The position numbers and the translations under genes are program-made. Of a stretch of DNA of 64,000 nucleotides, positions 19,621 through 29,437 are shown one piece after another. Positions within the stretch are counted from its first letter, which is position 1; each line of letters starts with the position of its first letter. The notes below the pieces were generated by a model. The model did no database searches. It saw nothing but the letters and a program-made list of their open reading frames with translations, and was not told the origin of the DNA. Source of the stretch: Prevotella sp. (GTDB lineage: Bacteria; Bacteroidota; Bacteroidia; Bacteroidales; Bacteroidaceae). The stretch covers positions 11,147 through 75,146 of the forward strand of contig JAILFU010000193.1 in assembly GCA_024697405.1 (NCBI GenBank), in the 5' to 3' direction.

Positions 19621-20694
19621 TTATGAGGTTAGGTTGATGGTCGGCAGAATGGATGCGTAGATGTCGAGGGCCTGCCGCAGCTCGCTCAGGCAGATATACT
19701 CGTCGGCGGCGTGCGAGCGCTCCGACTGGCCGGGGCCCAGCTTCAGCGAGGGGAAGGACATCAGCGCCTGGTCGCTCAGCGTGGGCGAGCCGAAAGGCGT
19801 CAGCCCCAGCTCCACGCAACGCTTCACCAGCGGATGGTCCAAGGCGATGCTTGAAGAATGCAGCCTGAAGGAGCGGGCCTCCAGCCGGCATTTCTTCATG
19901 TGCTTCCGGAGGAAGGCAAACACATATTCGTTCTGATAATACTCGTTTGTGCGCACGTCGAGCACGAAGTGCAGGCGGTCGGGGATGACATTGTGCTGCG
20001 TGCCGCTCTCCACCACGGTGACCGTCATCTTCGTCGGGCCCAGCAGCGGGCTCACCTTCGTAAACCGGTAGTCACGCAGCCAGAGCAGGTCGTCGAGTGC
20101 CTCGTAGATGGCGTTCACCCCCTCGTTTCTGGCGGCATGGCCGCTGACGCCCTCCGCATAGCCGTCGATGACCATCAGCCCCTTCTCGGCCACGGCAGGC
20201 TGCATGCCCGTCGGCTCGCCCACGATGGCCACGCTGACGGGGGGCAACAGCGGCAGCACACGGACGATGCCCTCTTTGCCGCTCACCTCCTCCTCGCAGG
20301 AGGCCACATATATTATATTGTAGGGATGGCAGGAAGCATCTTCGTCCAGCCATCGGCGGTAGGCCATGAGCAGCGTCACCAGTCCGCCGCCGCAGTCGTT
20401 GCTGCCCAGCCCGTAGAGGCGGTCGCCCTCCACGGCGGGCAGGTGGGGATTGCGTGTCCAGGTGGCGACGGGTTTCACCGTGTCGATATGGGCATTGAGC
20501 AGCAGGGTGGGCTTTCCGGCGTCATAGTCGGGGCACAGTGCCCACACGTTGTTACCCTCGCGGCGGGGCTGCAGCCCCCACTCCGCCATGCGCTGCTCCA
20601 GCAGGTCGGCGGCAGCCGTCTCCTGACGGCTCACCCTTGGCGTGGCTATCAGCTCCTTGAGTAGCGCCACGGCATCATGCAGATAATCTTTCAT
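19621..20694 (-). CDS. argE: M20 family acetylornithine deacetylase-like metallohydrolase
   Basis: NAHIDTV, GLGSNDCGG, EEEVSG, GEPT, HAADE. Confidence 0.8.
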   Translation of the reverse strand: MKDYLHDAVALLKELIATPRVSRQETAAADLLEQRMAEWGLQPRREGNNVWALCPDYDAGKPTLLLNAHIDTVKPVATWTRNPHLPAVEGDRLYGLGSNDCGGGLVTLLMAYRRWLDEDASCHPYNIIYVASCEEEVSGKEGIVRVLPLLPPVSVAIVGEPTGMQPAVAEKGLMVIDGYAEGVSGHAARNEGVNAIYEALDDLLWLRDYRFTKVSPLLGPTKMTVTVVESGTQHNVIPDRLHFVLDVRTNEYYQNEYVFAFLRKHMKKCRLEARSFRLHSSSIALDHPLVKRCVELGLTPFGSPTLSDQALMSFPSLKLGPGQSERSHAADEYICLSELRQALDIYASILPTINLTS

Positions 20695-20775
20695 TGGCAA
20701 TCAATTTGCTGCAAAGTTACAACATATTATTGAAACTCCCAAGAAAAATGCCACTTATTCGCCTGCGTCCTCCCG

Positions 20776-23244
20776 CTAAAGCAGTTCCTGCAGGCGTTTG
20801 AAAGCCGGTACGAGGAGTTTTGCCTCCACCTCCTGTCCCTGCTGCGAGCGGAAGATGCAGCGGCGCTGCTTGGGCAGCAGGTTGCTGATGTTGTGGATAT
20901 TCACCAGCGTGCTCCTGTCGGCCCTCACGAAGGTCTCGGGGTCGAGCATCTTCTCCAGCGCGCCAAGCCCGGTGAGCACGGTGTCGTGGGAGTGGAAGGT
21001 GACTATCTGCGAGTAGTTGCCGTCGCCCTTGAAATAGGCAATGTCGGAGATGTCGACCACGATGGTGCCGCTTGCCGTGCGGAAAGTCAGCCGTTCGTCG
21101 GCAGCCCGTTCGGTCATCTTCACGATGTCTTTGGCCAGCGGTGTCTCTTCCTTGTTCTCTGCCTCGATGGCCTTCTGGCGGATGGTCTCTATCCGTCGTT
21201 CACGCTCCAGTTTCTCCCGCTGCAGCCTGATCATGCGCTTCCGGCTGCGCCGCTTTTCAAACCAGCGTGCTGCCGCACCGGCCACCGCCATCAGGCAGGC
21301 TATGCCCAACGCCCACACCCACCAGTGCTGCCACCAGCGCAGCGGCGGGCTGACGAAGGTGTCTTCCTCGTTGTATGCCAGGAGGGCGGCAGGCCGGAAG
21401 GAGGTCATTTCCTCCACGCCCGGCAGCCACACCGTGCCGTCGCTGTCCTCGGCCATCGTTGCCATCAGCGGCTCCAGCATGGTAAAGCCGTTGAGATGGT
21501 CGAAGAAGCGCGTGCGGCCCGTCTGCCCGTCCTTGCCGACGGCGCACACCAGCAGCCCGTCGACGGCTGCCACTATCAGGTAGCCCTGTGGCGACACATG
21601 GAGCGAGCGCACCTCATGGCCAGCCAGTTGCGGCTGCAGGCTGTTCATGCAGGCCACCTTTCCCTGGCGGATGACGAACAGCGAGTCGGCCGAGGCGAAA
21701 TAGACGTTTCCGTAGCTGTCGGCATCCATGGTCGTGACCAGCAGCCGCTGGGGGAAGTCCACTTTCGTGGTCTTGCCGTCGCGGCTCAGCTGGTAGACGC
21801 CGAGCGTGGTGCCCACCCAGAGGTTGCCGTCGCCGTCGGGGGCTGCACACCAGGGATAGGGGATGGCAGAGGTCAGCGTGTCGACAGTCCCGGCCAGTGG
21901 GTCGTAGGCCGTGATGACGTTCAGTCCTACGATAATCAGCCTGTCGCCAGCCTTGGCCAGAAAACGGTAGCGGTCGTATGGCAGGCCGAGCCGGCTAAGC
22001 CCGACGCTGTCGCCGCCGGTCTCTATGCAGGCCAGGTCGCCATGACTCACCATCAGCACCCTAGTGCCCATCGTCACAGCACTCGTTCCGTAATACTCCG
22101 TCGGGTCGTCGCTCACTACGGTGGCAGCGGCTGTCGCGTCGGCAGCCCGGCCACGGTCTTTCACAAGCACCTTCCCGTTCAGCGTTCCCATGACCAGCTG
22201 GCCGTCTCCACCTACGGCCACTGCCCTGACGATGTCGTTCTCGTCGGCCAGCCGGTAGTTGGTGAAGCAGCGGTTGAAGAAGCAGTACACACCCTGATAG
22301 GAGGCCACCCAGAGGCGGTCCCAGCTGTCTACCAGGACATCGCGTATGAGGTTGATGCCAGTCACGAGCTGGCGGACAGCCGTCCCGTCGTACTGATAGA
22401 CAGTGTGCTCGTCGGCAATGACCAGCCCGCCAGCGCGGAGCTGCCTGACGGTGAGGCCGAACGTCGCTGCCCGCCAGTCGGCAGCAGCCACCCTGCACAG
22501 CTGGCCATCGGCCTGTGGCGCTTTCAGCTTCTCCCGTAAGCTGTAAATCCCGTCAGAGGCAAAGGCCAGCAGCGCCGTGTCCGTGCGGAGCAGGGTGTAG
22601 ATGTCGGCACGGCCGGAAAGCTTCTCGGCTGGCCGCAGCCCGACGGCCAGACTGAAGAGGCCCTCGTCTGTGGGAATCAGCAGATGCTTGCCTCGGGCAT
22701 CGTCCATGTAGACCTTACGGTCGGGGCCCATCTTGTCGAGCAGGCTGTCGGTCGCCACTGTCACGAACTTCTCTGCCGACGCCCTGCACAGCCGTCGCTG
22801 CTGCTCCTGCTCGTTCTCCAGCAGCACATAGCCGTCGGGCAGGCTGCCGGCATTGAGGTTGTTCAGCTGCCATTGTCCCTGCGGGTCGATGGGGCGCATC
22901 GCGGCCTTGTCGCCATAGTAGTCCACGCACCACTGCCGCCGGAAGCCCAGACCTCTCACCTGACCGCCGGCATCGGCAAAGCCCACGATATTCTCACGCC
23001 GCCCTTTCAGCAGCGGGGTGAACGACCGGCCGTCGAAGCGTACAAAGCCCGACAGCGTACCAACGTAAATGTACCCGCGCGCGTCTTGCCACAGCTTCTC
23101 AGCCTGTATCTGCGGCAGCCCGTCCTGGGTGGTGTAGCGGCGGTAGCTCAGTCGGCTCTCCTGCTGGGCGCAGAGCGTAGCGCATCCCAGCAGCCACCAT
23201 CCGGCAGCCACCACCCACATCAAGATGTGTCGTCTCGTTTTCAT
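20776..23244 (-). CDS. Membrane-anchored one-component regulator: periplasmic beta-propeller, TM helix, cytoplasmic LytTR domain
   Basis: YTTQDGLP..QDARGYIYVGT propeller blades; TM WWQHWWVWALGIACLMAV; LytTR DIAYFKGDGNYS...FVRADRSTLVN; no HisKA or REC motifs seen. Confidence 0.85.
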   Translation of the reverse strand: MKTRRHILMWVVAAGWWLLGCATLCAQQESRLSYRRYTTQDGLPQIQAEKLWQDARGYIYVGTLSGFVRFDGRSFTPLLKGRRENIVGFADAGGQVRGLGFRRQWCVDYYGDKAAMRPIDPQGQWQLNNLNAGSLPDGYVLLENEQEQQRRLCRASAEKFVTVATDSLLDKMGPDRKVYMDDARGKHLLIPTDEGLFSLAVGLRPAEKLSGRADIYTLLRTDTALLAFASDGIYSLREKLKAPQADGQLCRVAAADWRAATFGLTVRQLRAGGLVIADEHTVYQYDGTAVRQLVTGINLIRDVLVDSWDRLWVASYQGVYCFFNRCFTNYRLADENDIVRAVAVGGDGQLVMGTLNGKVLVKDRGRAADATAAATVVSDDPTEYYGTSAVTMGTRVLMVSHGDLACIETGGDSVGLSRLGLPYDRYRFLAKAGDRLIIVGLNVITAYDPLAGTVDTLTSAIPYPWCAAPDGDGNLWVGTTLGVYQLSRDGKTTKVDFPQRLLVTTMDADSYGNVYFASADSLFVIRQGKVACMNSLQPQLAGHEVRSLHVSPQGYLIVAAVDGLLVCAVGKDGQTGRTRFFDHLNGFTMLEPLMATMAEDSDGTVWLPGVEEMTSFRPAALLAYNEEDTFVSPPLRWWQHWWVWALGIACLMAVAGAAARWFEKRRSRKRMIRLQREKLERERRIETIRQKAIEAENKEETPLAKDIVKMTERAADERLTFRTASGTIVVDISDIAYFKGDGNYSQIVTFHSHDTVLTGLGALEKMLDPETFVRADRSTLVNIHNISNLLPKQRRCIFRSQQGQEVEAKLLVPAFKRLQELL

Positions 23245-23316
23245 ACGGAACGCAAAGTTACACATTTTCCGTGAAAAGCCAAAGGTTTTTCCTCCTTTTT
23301 ATTTTTCCACCCCGCG

Positions 23317-23346
23317 AGTTCGTCACTCACGGGGGGCAGTTCGTCA
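23317..23346 (+). promoter_or_regulatory. Direct repeat AGTTCGTCA-N12-AGTTCGTCA, putative LytTR binding site
   Basis: Perfect 9-bp repeats at 23317 and 23338 (21-bp period), upstream of TAACTTTG at 23388-23395. Confidence 0.7.
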
Positions 23347-23452
23347 AAAAACGCCGTTCCATAGGCTGCTCTTCTGCTTTTATTTCTTAACTTTGCAGGG
23401 AAAAGAAGCGACACGAGCAAAGAATAAAAACAATAATTATTAAAAACCAAAA

Positions 23453-25276
23453 ATGATGAAAAAACCAAGATTGCTATTCACAGCTTTTGCCTTGCTGATG
23501 TCGGCGACAGCAGCAATGGCCGACAACGTGTTGTATGCCGAGTTCTCAGACAAAAACGACGACGGCACCAAAGAAACTATGACGCTGAAATACGGCGACA
23601 GCAGCGAGTATTACTTCACGGGTACTAGATGGGAAGATTTCACTGATGCGCTCAAGGAAACAATCACCGTGATAGATGTGGACGAAAGCTGCAAATACTT
23701 TACAGGCACATCGCTCCAAAGTCTCTTTTTTGATTTCACAAAAGTCACGGCCATTAACAATCTGAAGAACCTCAACACCGCCAATGTGACTAACATGAAG
23801 AATTTATTCTACTATTGTGAGTCACTACAATCGCTCGACATCAGCAGCTTCGACACGAGGAAGGTTGAAAACATGTGCAATATGTTCTGCCACTGCAAGG
23901 CCATGACTACCCTTACCCTCGGCGACAATTTCAATACGGAAAATGTGACTACAATGGAGGACATGTTCAGCGTGTGCCATAAGCTGCAAGCAATCGACCT
24001 CAGTAAATTCAATACAGCGAAAGTTACCACCATGGATGCGATGTTCGACAATTGCCGAACCGTCACCGCCCTCGACTTAAGCACGTTCAACACCGCCAAA
24101 GTGGAGGACATGAGTAGCATGTTCAGTGATTGCCTGGAACTGACATCCATCACCTTTGGCAAGAACTTCACCACAGCCAATGTGACGGATATGGGCGGCA
24201 TGTTCATCGACTGCTACAAGCTGACCGCTCTCGACCTGAGCGGATTCAACACTGCGAAGGTCACAAGTATGCTTTCCATGTTCAGGGAATGCAAAGCCTT
24301 GAATACGCTTGTGCTAGGCGAGAACTTCATCACATCGAACGTTACCGACATGAGGATGATGTTCCGTAATTGTCAAGAACTGGCTTCGCTGGACTTGAGC
24401 ACTTTCAATGTTTCGAAAGTTACGGACATGAAAGAAATGTTCAGCACCTGTCAAAAACTGGTAAGCCTTGACCTGAGCACGTTCAACACCCAAATTGTTA
24501 CTGACATGAGTTCCATGTTCTATAATTGCTCTAAATTGAAATCTATCATCGTGGGCGACGACTGGAATACCAATTCGGTGACGAGCAGCTCTTACATGTT
24601 CTACAACTGCCAAAAACTGGTGGGAGAGGACGGAACGGCATACAACTCAGGCGCTGTCAACGCGGACAAAGCACACACCGACGAGGGCGGCTATCTGACA
24701 AAAAAGACCGAGACGCTGACGACCACCGCCGACGGCGAGGGAAACTATTGGAGAACTTACTACAACGCCAACGTGGGCGGTGTGGCCGACGAAAACACCA
24801 CGGTCTACACTGTAAAGGTCAACCAGGACAAGTCGGCGGTGAGTCTTACAGCAGTAGCCGACAACGTGATTCCGGCCGAGAATGCCGTGGTGCTGAAGTC
24901 GGACAAGGCCAACATCAGCATGACACGTGTGGCTGAAACCAGCAAGCTGGAGAACAACGAGCTGCGCGGCTCGCAGAGCGACGTAGCGACAGGCGACTTC
25001 GCCAACGAAGGCACGGTCTACACCCTAGCCAAGGGCAACGAGGGGCTGAACTTCTATAAGTTCAACGGCAACACGCTGAAGGCCAACCACGCTTTCCTCC
25101 TGGTGCCGGGTGCAGGTGTCCGTGTCATCAAGCTAGGCAACGACGAAACCACCGGCGTGGAGGAGACTACCTGCCGCGAACCCGCAAACAACGCCTGCTA
25201 CGACCTGCAGGGCCGCCGCATAGCCCAGCCTTCGAAGGGACTGTATATCATCAACGGCAAAAAGGTGGTAAAATAA
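23453..25276 (+). CDS. BspA/DUF285-type leucine-rich repeat surface protein with T9SS C-terminal signal
   Basis: Many DLSxFNTxxVTxMxxMF repeats; tail YDLQGRRI..KGLYIINGKKVVK. Confidence 0.9.
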   Translation: MMKKPRLLFTAFALLMSATAAMADNVLYAEFSDKNDDGTKETMTLKYGDSSEYYFTGTRWEDFTDALKETITVIDVDESCKYFTGTSLQSLFFDFTKVTAINNLKNLNTANVTNMKNLFYYCESLQSLDISSFDTRKVENMCNMFCHCKAMTTLTLGDNFNTENVTTMEDMFSVCHKLQAIDLSKFNTAKVTTMDAMFDNCRTVTALDLSTFNTAKVEDMSSMFSDCLELTSITFGKNFTTANVTDMGGMFIDCYKLTALDLSGFNTAKVTSMLSMFRECKALNTLVLGENFITSNVTDMRMMFRNCQELASLDLSTFNVSKVTDMKEMFSTCQKLVSLDLSTFNTQIVTDMSSMFYNCSKLKSIIVGDDWNTNSVTSSSYMFYNCQKLVGEDGTAYNSGAVNADKAHTDEGGYLTKKTETLTTTADGEGNYWRTYYNANVGGVADENTTVYTVKVNQDKSAVSLTAVADNVIPAENAVVLKSDKANISMTRVAETSKLENNELRGSQSDVATGDFANEGTVYTLAKGNEGLNFYKFNGNTLKANHAFLLVPGAGVRVIKLGNDETTGVEETTCREPANNACYDLQGRRIAQPSKGLYIINGKKVVK

Positions 25277-25343
25277 AAGTTGTCTCAGCTGTCTACCATT
25301 TCATATCATAAGATACACTATTGTCTTTAGAAAAAAAGAAACG

Positions 25344-25472
25344 ATGGAAAAGAAAATATACAGCGACCCACATACAGCGGTCATCATCATGCAGCAGCGG
25401 ACTACGCTGCTCAGCGGCTCCGTCGACGGCTCCTTCCGCATGATCGACGAAGAGACCGAGGAGCAAATCTAG
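25344..25472 (+). CDS. Small 42-aa peptide MEKKIYSDPHTAVIIMQQRTTLLSGSVDGSFRMIDEETEEQI
   Basis: Below the ORF-track cutoff; A-rich initiation region; fits a MxKxYxxP...LLxxS pattern that I recall from Bacteroidales small proteins. Confidence 0.7.
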   Translation: MEKKIYSDPHTAVIIMQQRTTLLSGSVDGSFRMIDEETEEQI

Positions 25473-25557
25473 CTAATGAGCACCTGCAAGCAAGGCTGGG
25501 TGTCGCAACAGGGGGAAGTGCTCCTCTCAAATTCCACCCAGTCAATGCAGACACTCC

Positions 25558-26026
25558 ACGCGCGCGCGTATATAACGCGAAAAAACGTGCTACTCGAGCT
25601 ACTTTAGCAACAAACGCATTGACTGCCAGATTGTTATTTGTAGCCACTACACTCTTTTTGGAGCTACTTTAGTAGCTACAAGCTGAGGAAGTGAAAAATG
25701 CGAACGCCGTTTGGAAAAATACGAACGCCGTTTGGAAAAATGCGAACGCCGTTTGGAAAAATGCGAACGCCGTTTGGAAAAATGCGAACGCCGTTTTGGA
25801 GAATACTGCCGCCGCTCCTCACTGGCTCCACTAAACTTTGTCGTATGTAACATCCGGCATGTTACATACGACAAAGTCGATCCGTCTGACAGTAGCTGCA
25901 AAGGTAGCTCCTTTGTAGCTACTTTGAAAGGCTTGGAGCTACCGACAACCATCTACAAGCCAACATTTTAGATGCTCCGGTAGCACGAGTAGCGCCTTTT
26001 TTTCGCGTTTCTTAACGCGCGCGCGT
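25558..26026. mobile_element. Gene-less element with long inverted arms and internal 21-bp tandem array (copy 1)
   Basis: ACGCGCGCGCGT ends, iterated GCTAC/GTAGC, 5 units of GAAAAAT(G/A)CGAACGCCGTTTG at 25693-25797; homologous copy at 46581-47003. Confidence 0.75.
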
Positions 26027-26067
26027 AAGAAACTTCAGGGTGTCCTATTGGTTGTACGCCCAAGCAT

Positions 26068-27315
<1,248 letters not shown>

Positions 27316-27374
27316 TTATTTGGAAATTCTTTCATTTTTTTTTATCTTTGCACTGTCTTAAAACTATAGAACGT

Positions 27375-27890
27375 ATGAAACATCCTCTTTTCTCTTTACT
27401 ACTATTGCTCGTTTTGCAGATGATGGCAACAGGCGCGATGGCCGACGACGGCACAGGCACGCTGTGTGTGCATCTGAAGGACGGCAGCAGGGTGCGGTTC
27501 GTGCTGCCGGTGGAGCAGCCAGTGGTCAGTTGTCAGGAAGGTGTCATGCGCGTTGACTATCAGATGGGAGATGGCATGCTGTCGACCATTTGCTATCATC
27601 GCGACGAAGTGGCATTTCTGAATGTGGAAAAGCAGGGCGGAGTCATTACTGGCGAGATGTCACCCGCCGACGCCCGCATCCTGTTCGACCTCACCCGTCC
27701 TGGCGTGCTGCATGTCAGCGGCCTGAAAACGACAGACCGCCTGCAAGTGTACCGGCTCGACGGCAAGCATGCCAAGGCCGACACAGCGCGCCACGGCGAC
27801 GAGGCCACCGTCGACCTGAGCCGTGAGCCACGCGGCGTCTACATGGTGAGTGTCAACAACAGTTTCACCTTTAAACTGATGAAGCCATGA
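27375..27890 (+). CDS. Small secreted protein with T9SS-type C-terminus
   Basis: Signal peptide; VYRLDGK...DLS..PRGVYMVSVN..TFKL. Confidence 0.7.
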   Translation: MKHPLFSLLLLLVLQMMATGAMADDGTGTLCVHLKDGSRVRFVLPVEQPVVSCQEGVMRVDYQMGDGMLSTICYHRDEVAFLNVEKQGGVITGEMSPADARILFDLTRPGVLHVSGLKTTDRLQVYRLDGKHAKADTARHGDEATVDLSREPRGVYMVSVNNSFTFKLMKP

Positions 27891-29419
27891 AGAAACTGAT
27901 GCTTTCCCTTGCTACGGCGGCACTGGCAGTGCCCGCCGCAGCCCAGCAGTATATCGTCGTCGACGGAGAAACGCCCGTGCTGGCCGACGACGTGGAGCGA
28001 ATCACCTACGAGCAGGACGACCAGTTCGACCAGATACTGCTGCCCAGCGTACTGGCTGCCGACCCCAAGACTACGCTCTTCAGTCAGGCCCTGCAAGCCA
28101 CGGGACTGGCCGACACGCTGAGCAACTACTGGTATGCAGACTACAAAGCAAAAGAACAGCGTTACAGATACATATCGCACACTTGGCAAGAAGTGGCCTA
28201 CTATAACCAGCACCGCTATAAGAACTACACCGTGTTTGCCGAGACCGACGACGTGTTCGCCGCTCAGGGCATCACCAGCCTCAGCCAGCTGAAGGCATAC
28301 GCCAAGCAGGTTTACGATGCTGCCTTCCCGGAGGATGCCGGCGTGAGCGACCTCACCGACCGCCGCAACTCGCTGAACCGCTTCGTGGCCTATCACATTC
28401 TGAAGCATGGGAGTACCTACTGGTATCTCACGGCTTTGGACAAAGAAGAATGGTTCTCGATGGGACTCTGCGTGGACAGCACCAAGACCGACATGTCGGC
28501 CTGGTACGGCACGCTGATGCCCGAGGGCACGCTGAAGTGCACCTATCCCCTCAGTGGCGGTGAGCGCGGGCTCTACCTGAACCGACGGGGACTTGGCGAC
28601 CAGCCCGACAAATACGGCAAGCAGGTGCGCGGCGCCCTCATCGTGGCCAACGGCGAAGAGGGCTTCGACCACACGTGCTTCAATGGCAACTATTTCCACA
28701 TCGACCGCATCCTGGCCTACGACCAGACCACCCGCGAGGAGGTGCTCGGCAGTGAGCTGTGGCGCGTGGACTTCAAGACCCTCTCGCCAGATATTATGAA
28801 TAATGCAGCCGACCTGAGGGCTAATTATTGGACAAGCGTCGACGCTGTTCCCCAAACTGGCACAAACCGCATCTATGCATGGGACTGCATGGAGAATGTG
28901 GCGGGCGACACGTCGTTGGCTAGTGTAGGACTGGTGGCCCGCAAGGCCCACGCCAGTTTATACGCCTGGCAGGGCGACGAGATGAACATCTTCGATGCTT
29001 TCGACCTGACCGTCAAGCTGCCGCCGCTGCCAGCCGGCGAATGGGAAGTGAGAATGGGGACATTCGTGCTGAACACACGCCCTGTCATAAGGGTCTATCT
29101 TAACGACGAGGTCGTCATCGACGCGCTCGACTGCTCGAAGCTCCAGTTTGAGGACGAGCAGGAGCGGGCGCGCGTCAGGTGCGCACCGACGGAATGTATG
29201 TATTTCAGCCCGAATGGCGTGCAAACCAGCTTTTCCAGCGTTGACTTAGCCGTGCGCTACGCGCTGGGAAGAATACAGAGCGACGGAAAAAGCGACAACA
29301 CGCTGCGCTTGCAGTTCATCGCGCCACCCCAAACAGACTTGACGCCAGAGATGCAGCTCGACTATTTTGAGTTCGTGCCAAAGGCCGTGTTCGACAATCA
29401 GGAAATACCCGAAGATTAA
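27887..29419 (+). CDS. Fasciclin (FAS1) domain-containing secreted protein
   Basis: FSQALQATGL, YTVFAETD, FVAYHIL, NGNYFHIDRIL. Confidence 0.8.
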   Translation: MKKLMLSLATAALAVPAAAQQYIVVDGETPVLADDVERITYEQDDQFDQILLPSVLAADPKTTLFSQALQATGLADTLSNYWYADYKAKEQRYRYISHTWQEVAYYNQHRYKNYTVFAETDDVFAAQGITSLSQLKAYAKQVYDAAFPEDAGVSDLTDRRNSLNRFVAYHILKHGSTYWYLTALDKEEWFSMGLCVDSTKTDMSAWYGTLMPEGTLKCTYPLSGGERGLYLNRRGLGDQPDKYGKQVRGALIVANGEEGFDHTCFNGNYFHIDRILAYDQTTREEVLGSELWRVDFKTLSPDIMNNAADLRANYWTSVDAVPQTGTNRIYAWDCMENVAGDTSLASVGLVARKAHASLYAWQGDEMNIFDAFDLTVKLPPLPAGEWEVRMGTFVLNTRPVIRVYLNDEVVIDALDCSKLQFEDEQERARVRCAPTECMYFSPNGVQTSFSSVDLAVRYALGRIQSDGKSDNTLRLQFIAPPQTDLTPEMQLDYFEFVPKAVFDNQEIPED

Positions 29420-29437
29420 GAAAGGAGGAGACACGCT

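Noticed and set aside
25693-25797. 21-bp repeats as a CRISPR array or as the EKCERRL / SKRRSHF repeat proteins in the ORF track
   Set aside because: Units are contiguous with no unique spacers and there are no cas genes. The ORFs are not preserved in the second copy.
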